Of a stretch of DNA of 64,000 nt, positions 37,801 through 50,155 are shown one piece after another. Position numbers and translations under genes: made by a program. The notes under the pieces are model-generated. The model saw nothing but the letters and a program-made list of their open reading frames with translations, made no database searches and had not been told where the DNA came from. Every line of letters starts with the position of its first letter. The first letter of the stretch is position 1. Source of the DNA: Phoronis australis (taxonomy: Eukaryota > Animalia > Phoronida). The stretch covers positions 250,493 through 314,492 of the forward strand of contig NMRA01000092.1 in NCBI GenBank assembly GCA_002633005.1, given 5' to 3'.

Positions 37801-40800
37801 AAATAATTTCAAAAATACATCAACAGCTACGTATTTCAAATCAGAACTAATGTTGTTATCCCCTATATCCTTTCCTGTGCCTAACTCCTACCTTATGACC
37901 TTTGAACTTTGCCTTGACCACACCATCATAGGTCCAAACACAGCATGTAACGTCTTCACCAACAGTCACTAGGTAGCGCTGAAGTAGGCATACTCTCCAC
38001 ACTCTTGACAAGTGACCATAGAGTTCGTGTTCAAGAACAAATTCTGCTTTCTCCCAATGAGATACTGGTATCATGTGACCATTGTATGACCCAGGGAAGT
38101 GTACGCTGTATACGCGTACACTGCGATCATCCGAAACTGAGGCAAATTTACATATGTCTGCTCGAAAATCCATGTCGAAAATAACTCCCTGTCAAAAAAT
38201 ACAAAGTATGTTACACAAAACAAATAAAAAAAATGAAAATTACTACAGTGCAGCAGCAACAGAAACAAATACACAGCAGCATGGCACTGTAAGACTGCAA
38301 AAGAGTAATAGGATTAAATTTCTAGTGTGCAGATCAGCAGCCGCGGTGCATAGAGATCAAAGGAAGAACAAATCAATTGATCTGTTGCATTTTGCACGTT
38401 ATAGAGCCAATATAATGGTACCACTAGAGACATACATTACAGTGAATACAATGTTAACAAACCATTACCTTGTGTCCTCGTAACCTATTGAAGCTCTTCT
38501 GTCGGCCATCTTGCATGCTCTCCACTGACGGAGACCAGAACACTACTTGACTGAAGACAGTTCCAGCTGCCAACACCAGCGTACTCCATGTTTGTCCAAT
38601 GAAATGGGCTGAGTAGAGAATACACTGAACCTCGCAATCGACGCTATGTAATACGATGTCAGACATCCAATTCCAGTGTACTATCGAGTTGTGTCCCAGT
38701 GCTAAAGCTATGGTTGAGTCTGGTGCCAAGAACTGGGCTGACCAAATCCAATCAGTGAACTCTCGATTGGAGCTATAAACAAAATTAAGGAGCGACAAGT
38801 AATTTAACAATGAAATAAATGATATCAAACAGTATATTTAACATGTAGTTGTCATAGCCAACACAATGAACATTTAAGAATACCATAATGATAAACCCGA
38901 AATGCACAGTATAAAATGCAGCTATCAATTTAAAACAAAAGCCTATTATAGCGTTACAATTGTAGACTACTATTACATTATTATGTAGCAAGTGGCGGCA
39001 ACACCACAGAGTCAGTGCAGTTGTATATTATGGATTTTGACCAAGAACTATGTCAGCCATGACGGGCAAACAAACAGTGAACTTCAGATTCTTCCACAAG
39101 TCAATGTAAACATGGCTAAGCAGGGGTCCAGTGGCCGGTTGCATAAAACAGTCCCAAATAGAGGCTCAACTTAGTTGTCTAAATCTACTGCAACACCGAT
39201 TGTCCTTTCTATGCTGTTTTAGTATCATTACTAAGTCAACTTTTGGCTTTGATACAAATCGAGAGTGAACTCCATGTTGAATTCGTAATATAATCGAAAA
39301 TGTATCGGGATCTTTTCATGCAACGCTCCTAACTTAAGGACTATGCCCCTATTTATTTTCATTGAATTCAGGGCTCAGTTTTAGTTTCATAATTAGAAAA
39401 TGTCAATGGTCAAAGAGGAGCTCATAATAAAGATGAAATGATAGAAAAAGATTAAATCTGTGAGTAAACAAAGACACATTAAACAGTCAAAAGATTCAGG
39501 AAACTTAGTCGAGTCCCTATTTGAGACTGTTTCATGCAACCTGGCACTGATGTCTGCAGAAATGATTCCACAAATACCAGGTTTTGATCATGTTGAGCGC
39601 ACTTTGTGCTTAAAAACAAAAGTCTTCAAAGTTACCCTTAAAAAATCTACGTATGCGCAAATCCCCAAAATGTGTCAAAAATGCCCTGTAGGCAGAAGAA
39701 TCTACCTCGAAAAAGAGGGTGGAAATTAGCAGACCTGACACCCGCAATAGGGGGCCTCTCAGCAATTTTTGGTATGTGCCTGTGGGCACCTTGTCAATAT
39801 GAGTGACCCCAGAGACTCTCACCAAATTCGGACAAAAATAAATGCCAAACCTTCCCTTTTTTGCCAGCTGTTCTAAAATTGTTCCAAATGTCCAAAAATT
39901 TTCAGGTGGTAGCTAATACATAAAACTAGAACAAGGTAAACCCTTTAAAGTGGCACTCCATAATCTTTTATGAGAAAACAAAATGCTACTTATCCGCCAT
40001 ATTGCAACCTAAATTGGTGATTCATTACTGTACATACATACTGCAAGCCTATACGCCACAATTACCATTCAACCAAAGTGTGGCCCTCCATTGTGAATGT
40101 CTTAGCAGACTTTTCACCGTAAATGCAAACCTTGCTTGGGTCACTAGAGCCTAAAAACATAAAAACGGTTCAATTTTTATAACACCACAATGATTGCAAC
40201 TCGCTATACAACAGTGAAGTGGAACCAGTGCCTGACAGAAGCTTGGCATAGTAGGTAAATACCTCAAACTCAAAGAAGTGGCCATTGGCCGCATGTTGCT
40301 GCACAGCTCTAATTCTTTGTTTGACATTAACATAATTTCAGCTGCTTATCTATTACACGCTGTGAGATCCCTAAATTTTACATAAAAATCATGGACTTAA
40401 GACAAACTTATCAATCACAGCCATCAATTATTTAAAAAGCATTTCTTGTGATGGAATGTCCCCTCACAGATAAGTCATGGTTAAAACTGAAGACATTCAG
40501 TAATTTTGTGAACACGAAAATTAAACATTCTCCAACATAGAGCAATTCAGATTGTATCTCCAGGTTTTCATTAACTGTTAGCTTTAGAACTTCAAAAACA
40601 TACAAAATGTTTGAGCTGAACAAATTACCTGTACAAAGAAAATTCGAAACAAACGTTTCATTACATCAGTTGCCACACATCTCAAAAATGGCACATGTAT
40701 CGAGATTGAAACTTACATGTAAGAATTCCATGAATGTTCTGATGGGAGAGTGCTTTCATAGAAAACACTTCATTGTCTGTGTTGACACTGTAGATACGAA

Positions 40801-42363
40801 CAAATGGACCAGAACCTGAATAAGAAAAAACATTGATGATTACTTGACTGATCAATATAAACTTAGCTTCAACACATCAGAATACGTTATACATAGGACT
40901 TACAAGATTCACTTATTTCTAATTTTCAATGACTGCATATAACAGGAACTTCATCAAATATTGTTTGATGACATCTAGACTGTCCAGTCCTAGCTAATAA
41001 TAGACTAAAATTTTCTTAATTTTGATTTTTTGTTGAGAAGCATGATAAAATAAAATTTCTCTTGTCTGTCACACTATTTGCCAAATAGGCCAAGAATAAC
41101 CATAGTGTTGACTGATAACATAAAAACTTTCAGATTTGCTACTTAACTGATATTCTTTGGCCGACAATGCATGTTCAAAGCGTTATTGAAAATTTTGCTA
41201 AATATTTTACATTTAGTGTGCTTAAATTGAGAAATTCAAAACTTAGGCGGTGGGCGTGAAGCTGGCCATTGGCATTTAAGTTGGTGACTTCCACGATTTA
41301 CCCAAATGGTTGATTTCCTCAAGTAAATGTCTTCACTATTTTTGCACACAAGTACAATAATATTAGAACGTGCATGAGCTAAAAGCACAATTTCACATCT
41401 TTTTCGGTAAAAAAGTGCTAGCCACTGAAATTTACTGTTTGTTATCCAAAGTTAAAAGAGTTGTGTATGTTTTGGTGGCTAAAAGTCTAGTGAAACAGGC
41501 ATTCATAAAGATATTCTGGCATCCTTAAGGATGTCTCGGCCCTATACGTTAGGGGAAATGCTGTAGTGGTTCGTAGGTACACGTAGGCACAGCCAACCAC
41601 CTTTTGGACTTTAAACGTAGCACCTATGCACGTAGCACTTACGTTATGGTGCGAATTCAGTGCCCCTTTTAACGATCAGTGCTAAAGGTGATACGGTGGG
41701 CATTGGGTGCCTACTTACCTCTAAGTTTACCACTACAGCACTGATTGGGGGTGTGTGCTAAGCCAGTCTTGGGTGTTTTTAAAACGGGGCAATTAGAAAA
41801 TTTCAAGGGTGGATAACAAGCAGAACATGGGCAAACTCAAACAAGATCGGAATAACGACAAATGTTTGTCACAGACAGAATACAAATAGTAAAAAGAGGA
41901 TTTATAGATGCAAAGAGCATTCAAAGATCAGTGCATTTACATTTTAAAGGGCAAGACAAATTTTGTGAAACTGAAACAGGAGAAAAGCTCTGGAGGTCCC
42001 ACTACATGGATGTTAGAGGACTGTTTTGCTGTATGAACTATGACTTTTTGTTAGTACTGTCCAACTGCAAACAAATTTCCTGGGACTTTCCTAAAATATT
42101 TGTCAACCGAATCAACTTTACTATACACCAATACTGTGATTGGGTTGGAATTTGTGGAATTACAATACTAGAAGCGCGAGTGAACATCATAAAACAGGCA
42201 TGTTGTAACTGGGTTTGATTACACGTGTAAACTTCAAGCTATGTGTTTAAGAGCAATGCATTGCCTACAGAAATCCATGAAAACACTTTCCAGCTAACAA
42301 ATAGTCTCCAGCATAACCCAGGGCTGTCACTGGAGCCTTCAGAAGTTCACAGTTGACAATCAT
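25889..42363 (-). CDS. WDR6: WD repeat-containing protein 6 (Trm734 ortholog, tRNA 2'-O-methyltransferase regulator), 18 coding exons, about 1035 aa
   Basis: Exons: 42363-42291, 40815-40717, 40628-(end uncertain), 38772-38469, 38188-37892, 37735-37586, 37046-36973, 35449-35298, 34984-34869, 34294-34088, 33348-33190, 32988-32914, 32166-31987, 30946-30390, 29875-29607, 27774-27643, 27037-26875, 25964-25889. WDR6-type motifs PVTAL..LLAGSGP, DWIW, ILYSA..LAAGTVF, SVSDDRSVR, GHLSRVW, IHGKAGVT..GRDG, CGGGHRSW, LHGRELT, SAGGRAQL, HQSGVN, SGGDDNAL, STSIDQR, IADVS, GVGLQ. Confidence 0.92.
27775..28198. repeat. 30-bp minisatellite (about 14 units) at a WDR6 splice acceptor
   Basis: Unit ACACAGCAACAACACATCAACATCWGTGAT; only two units at the equivalent position 24507-24569; N at 27926. 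Confidence 0.95.
28656..29102. mobile_element. MITE, CAGTGGCCGGTTGCATGAAAC family (copy within duplicated block)
   Basis: Same TIRs and body as 24906-25347. Confidence 0.8.
31169..31273. repeat. 105-bp imperfect palindrome (probable MITE terminus)
   Basis: TTATTACATG..AGTCGTTATC..TCTAGAGCCCTCG / CGAGGGCTCTAGA..GATAACGACT..CATGTAATAA. Confidence 0.75.
31729..31805 (+). mobile_element. tRNA-derived SINE-like head (not a functional tRNA)
   Basis: A-box-like TGAGTGGTAAAG and B-box GGTTCGAAACC at tRNA spacing; no acceptor stem. Confidence 0.4.
33791..33891. repeat. 101-bp imperfect palindrome in WDR6 intron
   Basis: GGAATAAGACAAAATCACT..GAATTAGTTGGAAGCA / TGCATCCAACTAATTC..AGTGATTTTTTCTTATTCC, 8-nt loop. 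Confidence 0.8.
36070..36560 (-). mobile_element. Highly decayed LINE apurinic-type endonuclease remnant
   Basis: KVVCWNIN at the 5' end and NLLDYVVI...LDSEPVL at the 3' end resemble the first and last APE motifs (SWNV, IDY, SDHxPV); interrupted by stops. Confidence 0.35.
39129..39549. mobile_element. MITE, CAGTGGCCGGTTGCATGAAAC family, opposite orientation
   Basis: CAGTGGCCGGTTGCATAAAACAGTCCCAAATAG / CTATTTGAGACTGTTTCATGCAACCTGGCACTG; body is the reverse complement of the 24906 copy. Confidence 0.8.
41559..41740. mobile_element. Short MITE-like inverted repeat element
   Basis: TGCTGTAGTGGT..GTAGGCAC / GTGCCTAC..ACCACTACAGCA. Confidence 0.6.
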
Positions 42364-43824
42364 GGTCAGTAGATAGCCTGAAACAAAAATAAGGAGGATG
42401 ACTAGACAATACACTTCACTGTCAAGAGTAAAGAATAAATAATACAACCTTAATCACTTATTTACCAAAATGTTTTACTGAGATATGATTGCTAGTGCAA
42501 AATACGCCCTGAATTACTTAATGAGGGATTTCACTGTACTGCTTAGCTGTAAATGTCAACTTCTAAACCAAAATGCTCTGGGTTTAAAAACATTAAACAT
42601 ACTTATCCAATTCTAAAATTGCTGCCCAAATAGCCAGCAGCTCAAGTCACATGCAACATGCACTACTTATGAATTAGGCAATTTTAGGGTTGGCCAATCC
42701 CAGTAAACTCGTAAATGATTGATGGCTTTGATGTTATTATTCGTAATGGAAATCAAGTCCTCTCAAGGTATGGGATATTTTTGAAAATGATTTAATGAAT
42801 TAAACATGTGCTTTCTGTCAAAACCCCAGGATATGAAAGGTCTCACATTGTTCCTCAGTCAAAATAGAAGTGATTTGTGGACTGACAGTTCTTTAATAAT
42901 CCGGAAATTTTATTAGCTTGGCCTAGAGAAATAATGAACATCACTTCTAAACTGAGAAAGGAACAACACGGCAACAACATGATAATGATGAGTGTCCTGA
43001 ATCAAAAATTCTTGACAAAAAGCACAATCATGTTCAACATTGGTTTAAGTGGTTTTTTCATTTTTTCTACTTTTGGCAGCAAAATATGGAGGAAATGCAA
43101 CATTAAGCGACGGGTAATTTTGTGAAAAAATGAGATAATTATGGTCAAATTAAAAAAAAATGAGTTAAATTCATGAAAGTTGGCACATAACTTTTTGGGT
43201 CAGATGAGCTGTAATTTGCATATTTAAGACATAATACGAAAGAGAGATAATAGCAGTTTAGGCAGCATATTTTTGTCAAACATATTATTCACAGATAGTT
43301 GTTTCCATCCATATTGTTTGAAGTACATATTGTTTTACCAATCAAAAAGTAAACCAGTTTAGCTGCTACGTACAGGTCCCAGATCAGTCAACTGTATGCC
43401 TGCCTTCTCCTTCTTCTTGGTTTAAATGGCCACAATCTCTCCAGAGTATTACGTCACTGTATAACAATGAAGATCAACAAAAACGAGAACAACTATAACA
43501 GGTTTAAAAGGATATACATACATAGTTGACGTCACTTCAGAGGTCGGTTAACATAGCAAGATCATTAACAGATAAGACAGTCAGTAAGCGGATGCCCCAA
43601 ATGGAGCCACACCACTGATGACTAAGATTAGACTAAGATACTTCAAAGAGCCAGATAGCTTGCTGAGAAAGATATCAAGAGAAGGGATTTCGCCATTCAG
43701 TCAATGATTAGATATTGGCTCAGTAACCGAGTCTGTCTGAGCAATGTTCCTGATTAAGATGCAAGGCAATGTATCCACAGAGTTGAGAGACCACCTCGAG
43801 TCAAGACTCAAGAGACAGAGTGAT

Positions 43825-43880
43825 ACCACAGGCACCTTTGATCAGTCCTCAACTATACACTACTTAAAGGTGCCTGTGGT
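43825..43880. repeat. Perfect 15-bp inverted repeat with 26-nt spacer
   Basis: ACCACAGGCACCTTT / AAAGGTGCCTGTGGT. Confidence 0.8.
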
Positions 43881-44601
43881 GAGACTGAGAGCGTAGTTAG
43901 CAGACATTTTGCGTTTCTGAGGTAACAAGAACCTCGATTTAAATTTCCCACCTGAATCAAACAAGATATTGGTTAGAACGATCGATTAAGATAGGTGACC
44001 TTTCTAAAACAGCATTAGTCGGTATTCGTTGTGCTCGGTTACTGCAGTAACCAGCCAGGTTGCTGGAAATAAGTGCTAACAAATTTCACGGTGTTTTCGC
44101 TGGAAGTCGCCATTATTGGAACAGCGCTACCTATTGTCTTTTCTGTTAATGTGGCGCGCCATCTCCCGGAGGTTACTTTCGATCGAGTACAGTAAATGTT
44201 ATACTTCAACTTGGAATCATGAGTGAACTTGGAATAAATTTCTATTCCAAGTTCACGCAAGTGATCTTGAGATTAAGCAAGCACTTGCGACATCTGTTAA
44301 CTAAAATTTCGTTTGGTGGACATGAATTTGTTTGTCGTGAGTTATTGTTTCTGTTTTAATTATTTTTATTGCCCATTCTGTATGCCGTTTTGGCCGTAAT
44401 TGTTTCCAAAGGTGGTTTGACTGGGATGGTTGGGTTTGTGACTGAGGGGCTGAACTGGTAACCTGGGACCTTTGTAACGAAAATGATTAAGATCATTAAG
44501 AGCCAGGATACAATGAATGTACCGTACCGAGAGGGGTTTTGCATTGAACAGTTTTTCGTGCACCGTTGTAGGCCTACCTGCCACCTCAGTCCTCCCCCCC
44601 C

Positions 44602-44712
44602 NNNNNNNNNNNNNNNNNNNNNNNNNNNNNNNNNNNNNNNNNNNNNNNNNNNNNNNNNNNNNNNNNNNNNNNNNNNNNNNNNNNNNNNNNNNNNNNNNNN
44701 NNNNNNNNNNNN
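44602..44712. other. Assembly gap (111 N)
   Basis: Run of N after a C homopolymer. Confidence 0.99.
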
Positions 44713-47700
44713 GAAGAAGTTCAGATAACGCTTGTTGAGTATATTTTTGGCAAATAAATTGGAAATACTCATTTCATTTTTAAACGTGCATATATAGTTT
44801 TTCATTGGTATGCTGTGTGATGTCATCAGGTCTAAATATTGATGACAATCAGACAAAAGTTACAGAACACAACTCTCTGAAGTGCTGTTGACAGGTTTTG
44901 AATGTTCTCATGAGATGATTAGACTTTTGTGGCCTACCATTATTTTTGCCTTCCTCTGCTCAGTACATACCCACATAACAATACGCCAATGTATGTAAAG
45001 ACAGACAAAATGGCCCTGTGAAATAATACTGTCCATACCACTTGCTTTGGCACAATAGCTTACAAACCACTGCCCAGCATTCACGGTTTGAAAAGCAACC
45101 ATGTTAGACTGAGTGAGGTAACATATGCATATGCGTCTTTTGCAGGTTGTCGACATCTCTAAATACAGTTGATAACATTTAACAACTGGACTGAAACATG
45201 GTGGCATACACTAATGTTTGATACAAATGTTCCCATGTGAGTGAGGAGCATACAGAGGTAATGACATATCTAAGTTGTGTTAATGTTGGTTTTTCGTTAT
45301 GCAAGATAGGTGATTTTTTCAGCTTTTTATGCAGTTGTCATTGTCCTTGAAGGTTGTCTTCTATCAGGAACGTGTTTGTTCTATCCGCGCTTTCATTTAT
45401 AGGTTGTATTTAGTTGTCTATATTATAGGCCGGGGGCCCGCTCCCTCCCTTGGCTGCCGCCACCAAAATGAAACAGAAACAGCGTGAAGCGCGAAGAAAA
45501 AGAGAGTTCACTAACTAGGACCGGTAGCGGATGGGGGGGGGGCTCAGATCCCAGATTGCGGTGGAATCGTGTTACCGTTTTTTAGTCCACCGATAAATTT
45601 TCGGAACAGAAGGTCCGCATCCTCAGCTCCCACAACTTTCGGGCCCCCTGTGCATATACAATCGTGCTTTGCCCAATTCCCTGAGGCAACATGTTGGGCC
45701 GGCCCCTTAATGTTATCCTAGATCCGCAGCTGTATAGTACATAAAATACTTGAATGTGATGGGTGATCTTGTTTGAATCTGCTGACAAATAAATTATCAT
45801 TTTCAAAATGTGGAAACAAAGAATAATTGATTTTCTTATAGATTCAACATTCAATTACTGACAATAAATGTGGATCCTTGTTCACTTTTCAAAACTGGTA
45901 TATGTATTTGTCACAGGTATTATGCACGTCAACATGAAAACAATTTTGTCTGTAATGCGTATTTTTGATTGAAGAGTTTTGTATGTAGTATATAATCGTG
46001 TTTGCATAAAAGGAATTTAAACTATTCTATTTTTTAAACAGGTTCCAAGCAGCTTCCTGTCTTCCAGAAAATCACGGATAAGAGGAAGAGTCCTCCTCAA
46101 CTGACGCAGCATGTTCAAGCTACTAAATCAGGGCCACACAACTGGTCTCATTCACAGCACAAGTTAGTGAACATCTTTATCGCTTACACAAAATCGGTGA
46201 TAACCATTCGTGCTACTGTGCCCTGTCTGTAGGACAACAGATTAGACAAAGTTGGAGGACCCCATTTAATTGCTGTTACAGCATTTGGAGCTGCTTGCCA
46301 ATGAATCACCTAAAGTGCAGCATATGTCCCTTTCAGGTCTATGTAACCTAATCTGCCTGATAGATCAGTCTATATTTCTTTTATTAAATGGCTACTGATG
46401 CTTCTTTAATGCTAAGTTTGATGTACTGACATTGTCTGCTTACTTTGTTGTCAGGGTTTATGATTTTTATGGTATCTGATTGGTCACATTGCTAGTTGCG
46501 TGCATCCTGGTGGCGTAAATGAAAAGTGTTATTCCACAGGGTGGTGGGTCAAAATTATCAAACTGTGTTCCAGACAATCAGAGGACAGAAGAATCAATTG
46601 TCATGCAATAAAACAACATGAGTAACCCAAAATTTAATGTCAGGACATAAGGTTATGTGGCACCTACTGACAAATATCTACAAACTTTGGAATTTAACTT
46701 TCTAAAACACTACTTTAATTCATGAAAGTAGAGAGTCTGTATATAATGACTTTATATATCAATCTGCCATTAATTGGGTCCCTTGGCTATATTTTAATAA
46801 GATTCGGGAAAAGGGAATACATTCATAACAAAACAGTGGAGTCGATAACATGACCAATTTTCTTTTTATATAAATAGTCAAGATGGAATCTGAGAAATGC
46901 CGATTCTCTTTTTTCAGTAAGTTAACCCTTTTCGTTTTAATCAATGTTTGCGTTTTTCATGAAATTACTGAAAGTCCCTGTTTTAGCTAGCCCTCCCATG
47001 CCAAAGTAGATCAGTCAAAAGACAACCTCTAAAAGCCTGATGGGTAACAGTGCATAAAGTACAAGATCTGAAAGTTTTTATTAGAATCCTATCAGCCATT
47101 TGCAAGAAATGTTTTCCGCTTTACCAAGTTTAGACATTTGTCTATGATCTCCCATAACCTTAACCTGATTCTTGAACACTTTTCTTTTACTGCGCAGTGA
47201 ATGATGTCGTATAACTGTTGGTCTTCACATACGCTATATGTTGAACACATCAGGTGTTGGCTAACGGGTTAGCAGAAAGTCCTGGGTTCAAACCTTGGTG
47301 GGGACAAAGAGCATTTTAGATGTAACTATGTATCGCCTGATGCCAACAAATTGACAGACTTCAACAGAAGTCTCCAAGACTGCCAAATTTGGATAAACTT
47401 CTTACCAGAATAATTTGTCAATTTACGTAGTCGAACTTTCGTCAGAGTTGAATGTCGACATTGTGTCTAGTGTGGTGACTGGTCTTCTGCAATAAGTTGT
47501 TTTTGTTGAGATTTAGCTAGAATTGGATTGGATTCTATTGGAAAATATACAAATATTTTATTAGCCTTGTCAAATTACGACATTGTGTAGTTTAGTTTGA
47601 GAAATACTGTATGCCAGCCTTTGTACTTTTACAGAATATGTTTTATGTTGTATTATAATTTGGTGGTATGTTGGACACTCTCACACTCTCACGAGCTTTG

Positions 47701-48657
47701 TGTTCTTACATTATTCTGATACTAAAACGGAGTGGTCTAGCTTTATCTTGTGTGTATGGGCTAGAAGTGTTTAGCTGTTACAAGCATGTTCCTTATGTTG
47801 TACTCAGGCCACTTTTTGAAAAGATTAAAGCATTTACCGTTAAATATTTTAATTTAGCGGAATTTTTCAAGAGGTCGTAGGTGTTCGCAAGACAGCGGAA
47901 AAGTGTACACCGATTGTCATTTTACATGTTGGTGAAAAAATTAATCAAATTCTTAAAATTGCAAATTTGTCTGTTAAACTTGAGCTAGCCACAAACCAAG
48001 TGCAATCAGCATATTAGTTTGATTGTGAGTGCAAACAATTTATTTTGGCCGCCAACAAAAGTGATGGTAAACCAGACCAGAGTTCTTATTACACCCAGTT
48101 CCGTTAGAAGGATGCGAACCAATAATATTAGGCAATGTAATATAATTATCGCAATGTTCACGTTACCATTGCTATGTGCAAAATCTAACAAACTATAGTC
48201 TACGTTTACAGAAAATATCAACATAATGTCTCTCAGTTTTTAAGAAATGAGGAAAGCCGTGATCACGAAACATAAAAAGCGACAAGGCTGAAGACAATGG
48301 GATTGCTAAAGAGTTGAAATCTGTTTTCTGATTAAATGAGCTCTTTGAGCTATTATTCAGAGATTCTAGTTGTATACAGGGATTGTCATCCCCCTTGACA
48401 CCTACCACGGTGCGAATCCCTCACTGCGAGGAGAGATCCCTTGCCACTTTCCACAAAACACTTACCACGCACAAGGAGCGTTTATTGCAGAACCTGGACC
48501 TTTAAGGCCGCGGTAAGCATGGCTGCTTCGGGCGGGGCAAGAGTTCAGAAGAACGTTCCATACATGAGAGAAACTCGCAAAATCACGCGAGTTTCTGAAA
48601 GAGCCCGAAAACACCCGTTATTCCCCCGAAATGATTTCGCATTCTCAAAAATCTCAC

Positions 48658-49094
48658 ATTGGTGTCTTTCGTAAAAGAGTGGTGGTGCTCGGAAACTGCA
48701 CCCTGATTCACACAGTTGACTTCAAAGTGCCCTTTACCATAGGAGGGAGTGAGTGGCAGGCAGACTACACTTGAAATTAAACAATGCAACTCTATCGGAG
48801 GTGGTGACTTGTTTCCACCTGCATTTTAACTTTGCTTGACTTTTATTTGCCTTGGATGATTAAATAAAAACAAAGATTGTTTTGAAATCATTGTAAGATT
48901 CACGTAGCATAAGTCTTTTTATAGCGTCACTTTTTACGACAAATGATTGAAGCAATTTCTTCGTCCTCGAGTTCGTCGTCGCATGAAATCTCATGGCTGG
49001 TACCTTCTTCATCGGTCCCTAGGTAGGCGACTATACCTCCAATGGTTTCCTGCCAGTTGCCACCCTGCACTACTACGGAGAGTCGAAGAAACAC
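48658..49094 (-). pseudogene. Two phase-compatible exon-like segments with weak SRCR-domain resemblance
   Basis: 49094-48931 VFLRLSVVVQGG..GGIVAYLG..CDDELEDEEIASIICRK and 48769-48658 VVCLPLTPSYGKGHFEVNC; AG/GT boundaries join in phase 2. Confidence 0.3.
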
Positions 49095-50155
49095 CTGTCA
49101 TGAACTTGAAACACTCGCCAAGTTTTACTTCATAAGCAGTTTGACCACTACAAGAGTAGTTTGGCGACACAAGTCATTGAAAAGCTTCTAAGGGACAAGG
49201 TTTTAAGGACCAACCAACATTGAGAAAGTAATGACATTTTGTTACATTTTCGAAACCTTTGTCTCGTGCCAGAAATGCAAAACGATCTCGAAACAGCAAG
49301 CATGGGAGCTTTATGTTGATGGAACTCTCGGAAATCCACGGTAGGCCTACACACAAGTGTTACCAACTATTTACAGCGGCAGTAAATATTTATCCGTCGA
49401 AAACAAACATTGCTATGAATCACTTAACGCCACTATAAAATTTGTCTCAGCCGTTTCCTTACTCAGATACGTGATTTTTGGGTTTGCAAAGAACTGACAG
49501 CTCGTTATCCCTCGAAACAATGCCAACTTAATGTAGAGTTGGACCAATAGCAATAACGAAGTGCCACTTATTTTCAAGCCCAAAAATAATGCCTATTTTA
49601 ATTGAGAAGCAATTCTAGACTAATTTCATAACGGTAAGTAGTTGGTTTATAGCCGCTTTAAATGGTTCAGTCTCAGTTGGCGAAGTAATAAGTGACCAGG
49701 GTACTTAAAAAGACCTCTTTCGGCGAAGGTGTTTCCGATTCCAGGCAGTCTCTGCCACGGAGTTCGCTATAGAATGATTCTTAGCTAACATTGAGCAAGC
49801 TAATTTAATTATATCTATAATTGTAATAATACTTATTTTAAAATGTGAATTCATATTATGACTAAAGAGTTCACAAATTGATGTCAACGTTTAGTTTTAA
49901 TTATTCACTTGAGCTTTCATTTCTGATAAAAGATTACTATTAAGCAAACAGTTTAGCGTGGACAGGTTTATTAGTAGAAAAGACATTTTTTGGATTCCTA
50001 TACCTAACATGATTATGTCTTATATAAGAAACAAGGAAATTCAACTTCGTGTGACAATCATTTTTAAGCTTGGCCATTAACAAGGCTCCCGAAAATATGT
50101 AATTTGCCGAAAATGTTTAATTAACCAGTCATGGTTAAATTTGGTAGGACAAAAG

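Noticed and set aside
44039-44260. ORF containing MATSSENTVKF as WDR6 N-terminus
   Set aside because: Available donors are phase 0 while the acceptor at 42378 needs phase 1; ATG 42363 already matches the family N-terminus.
44810-46420. Box C/D snoRNA candidates (TGATGA...CTGA)
   Set aside because: Spacing too short, no terminal stems or recognisable rRNA guide.
47250-47306. tRNA-like segment with GGGTTCAAACC
   Set aside because: Too short for a cloverleaf, no anticodon arm; at most a SINE relic. Same for 31729 and 63000 segments as true tRNAs.
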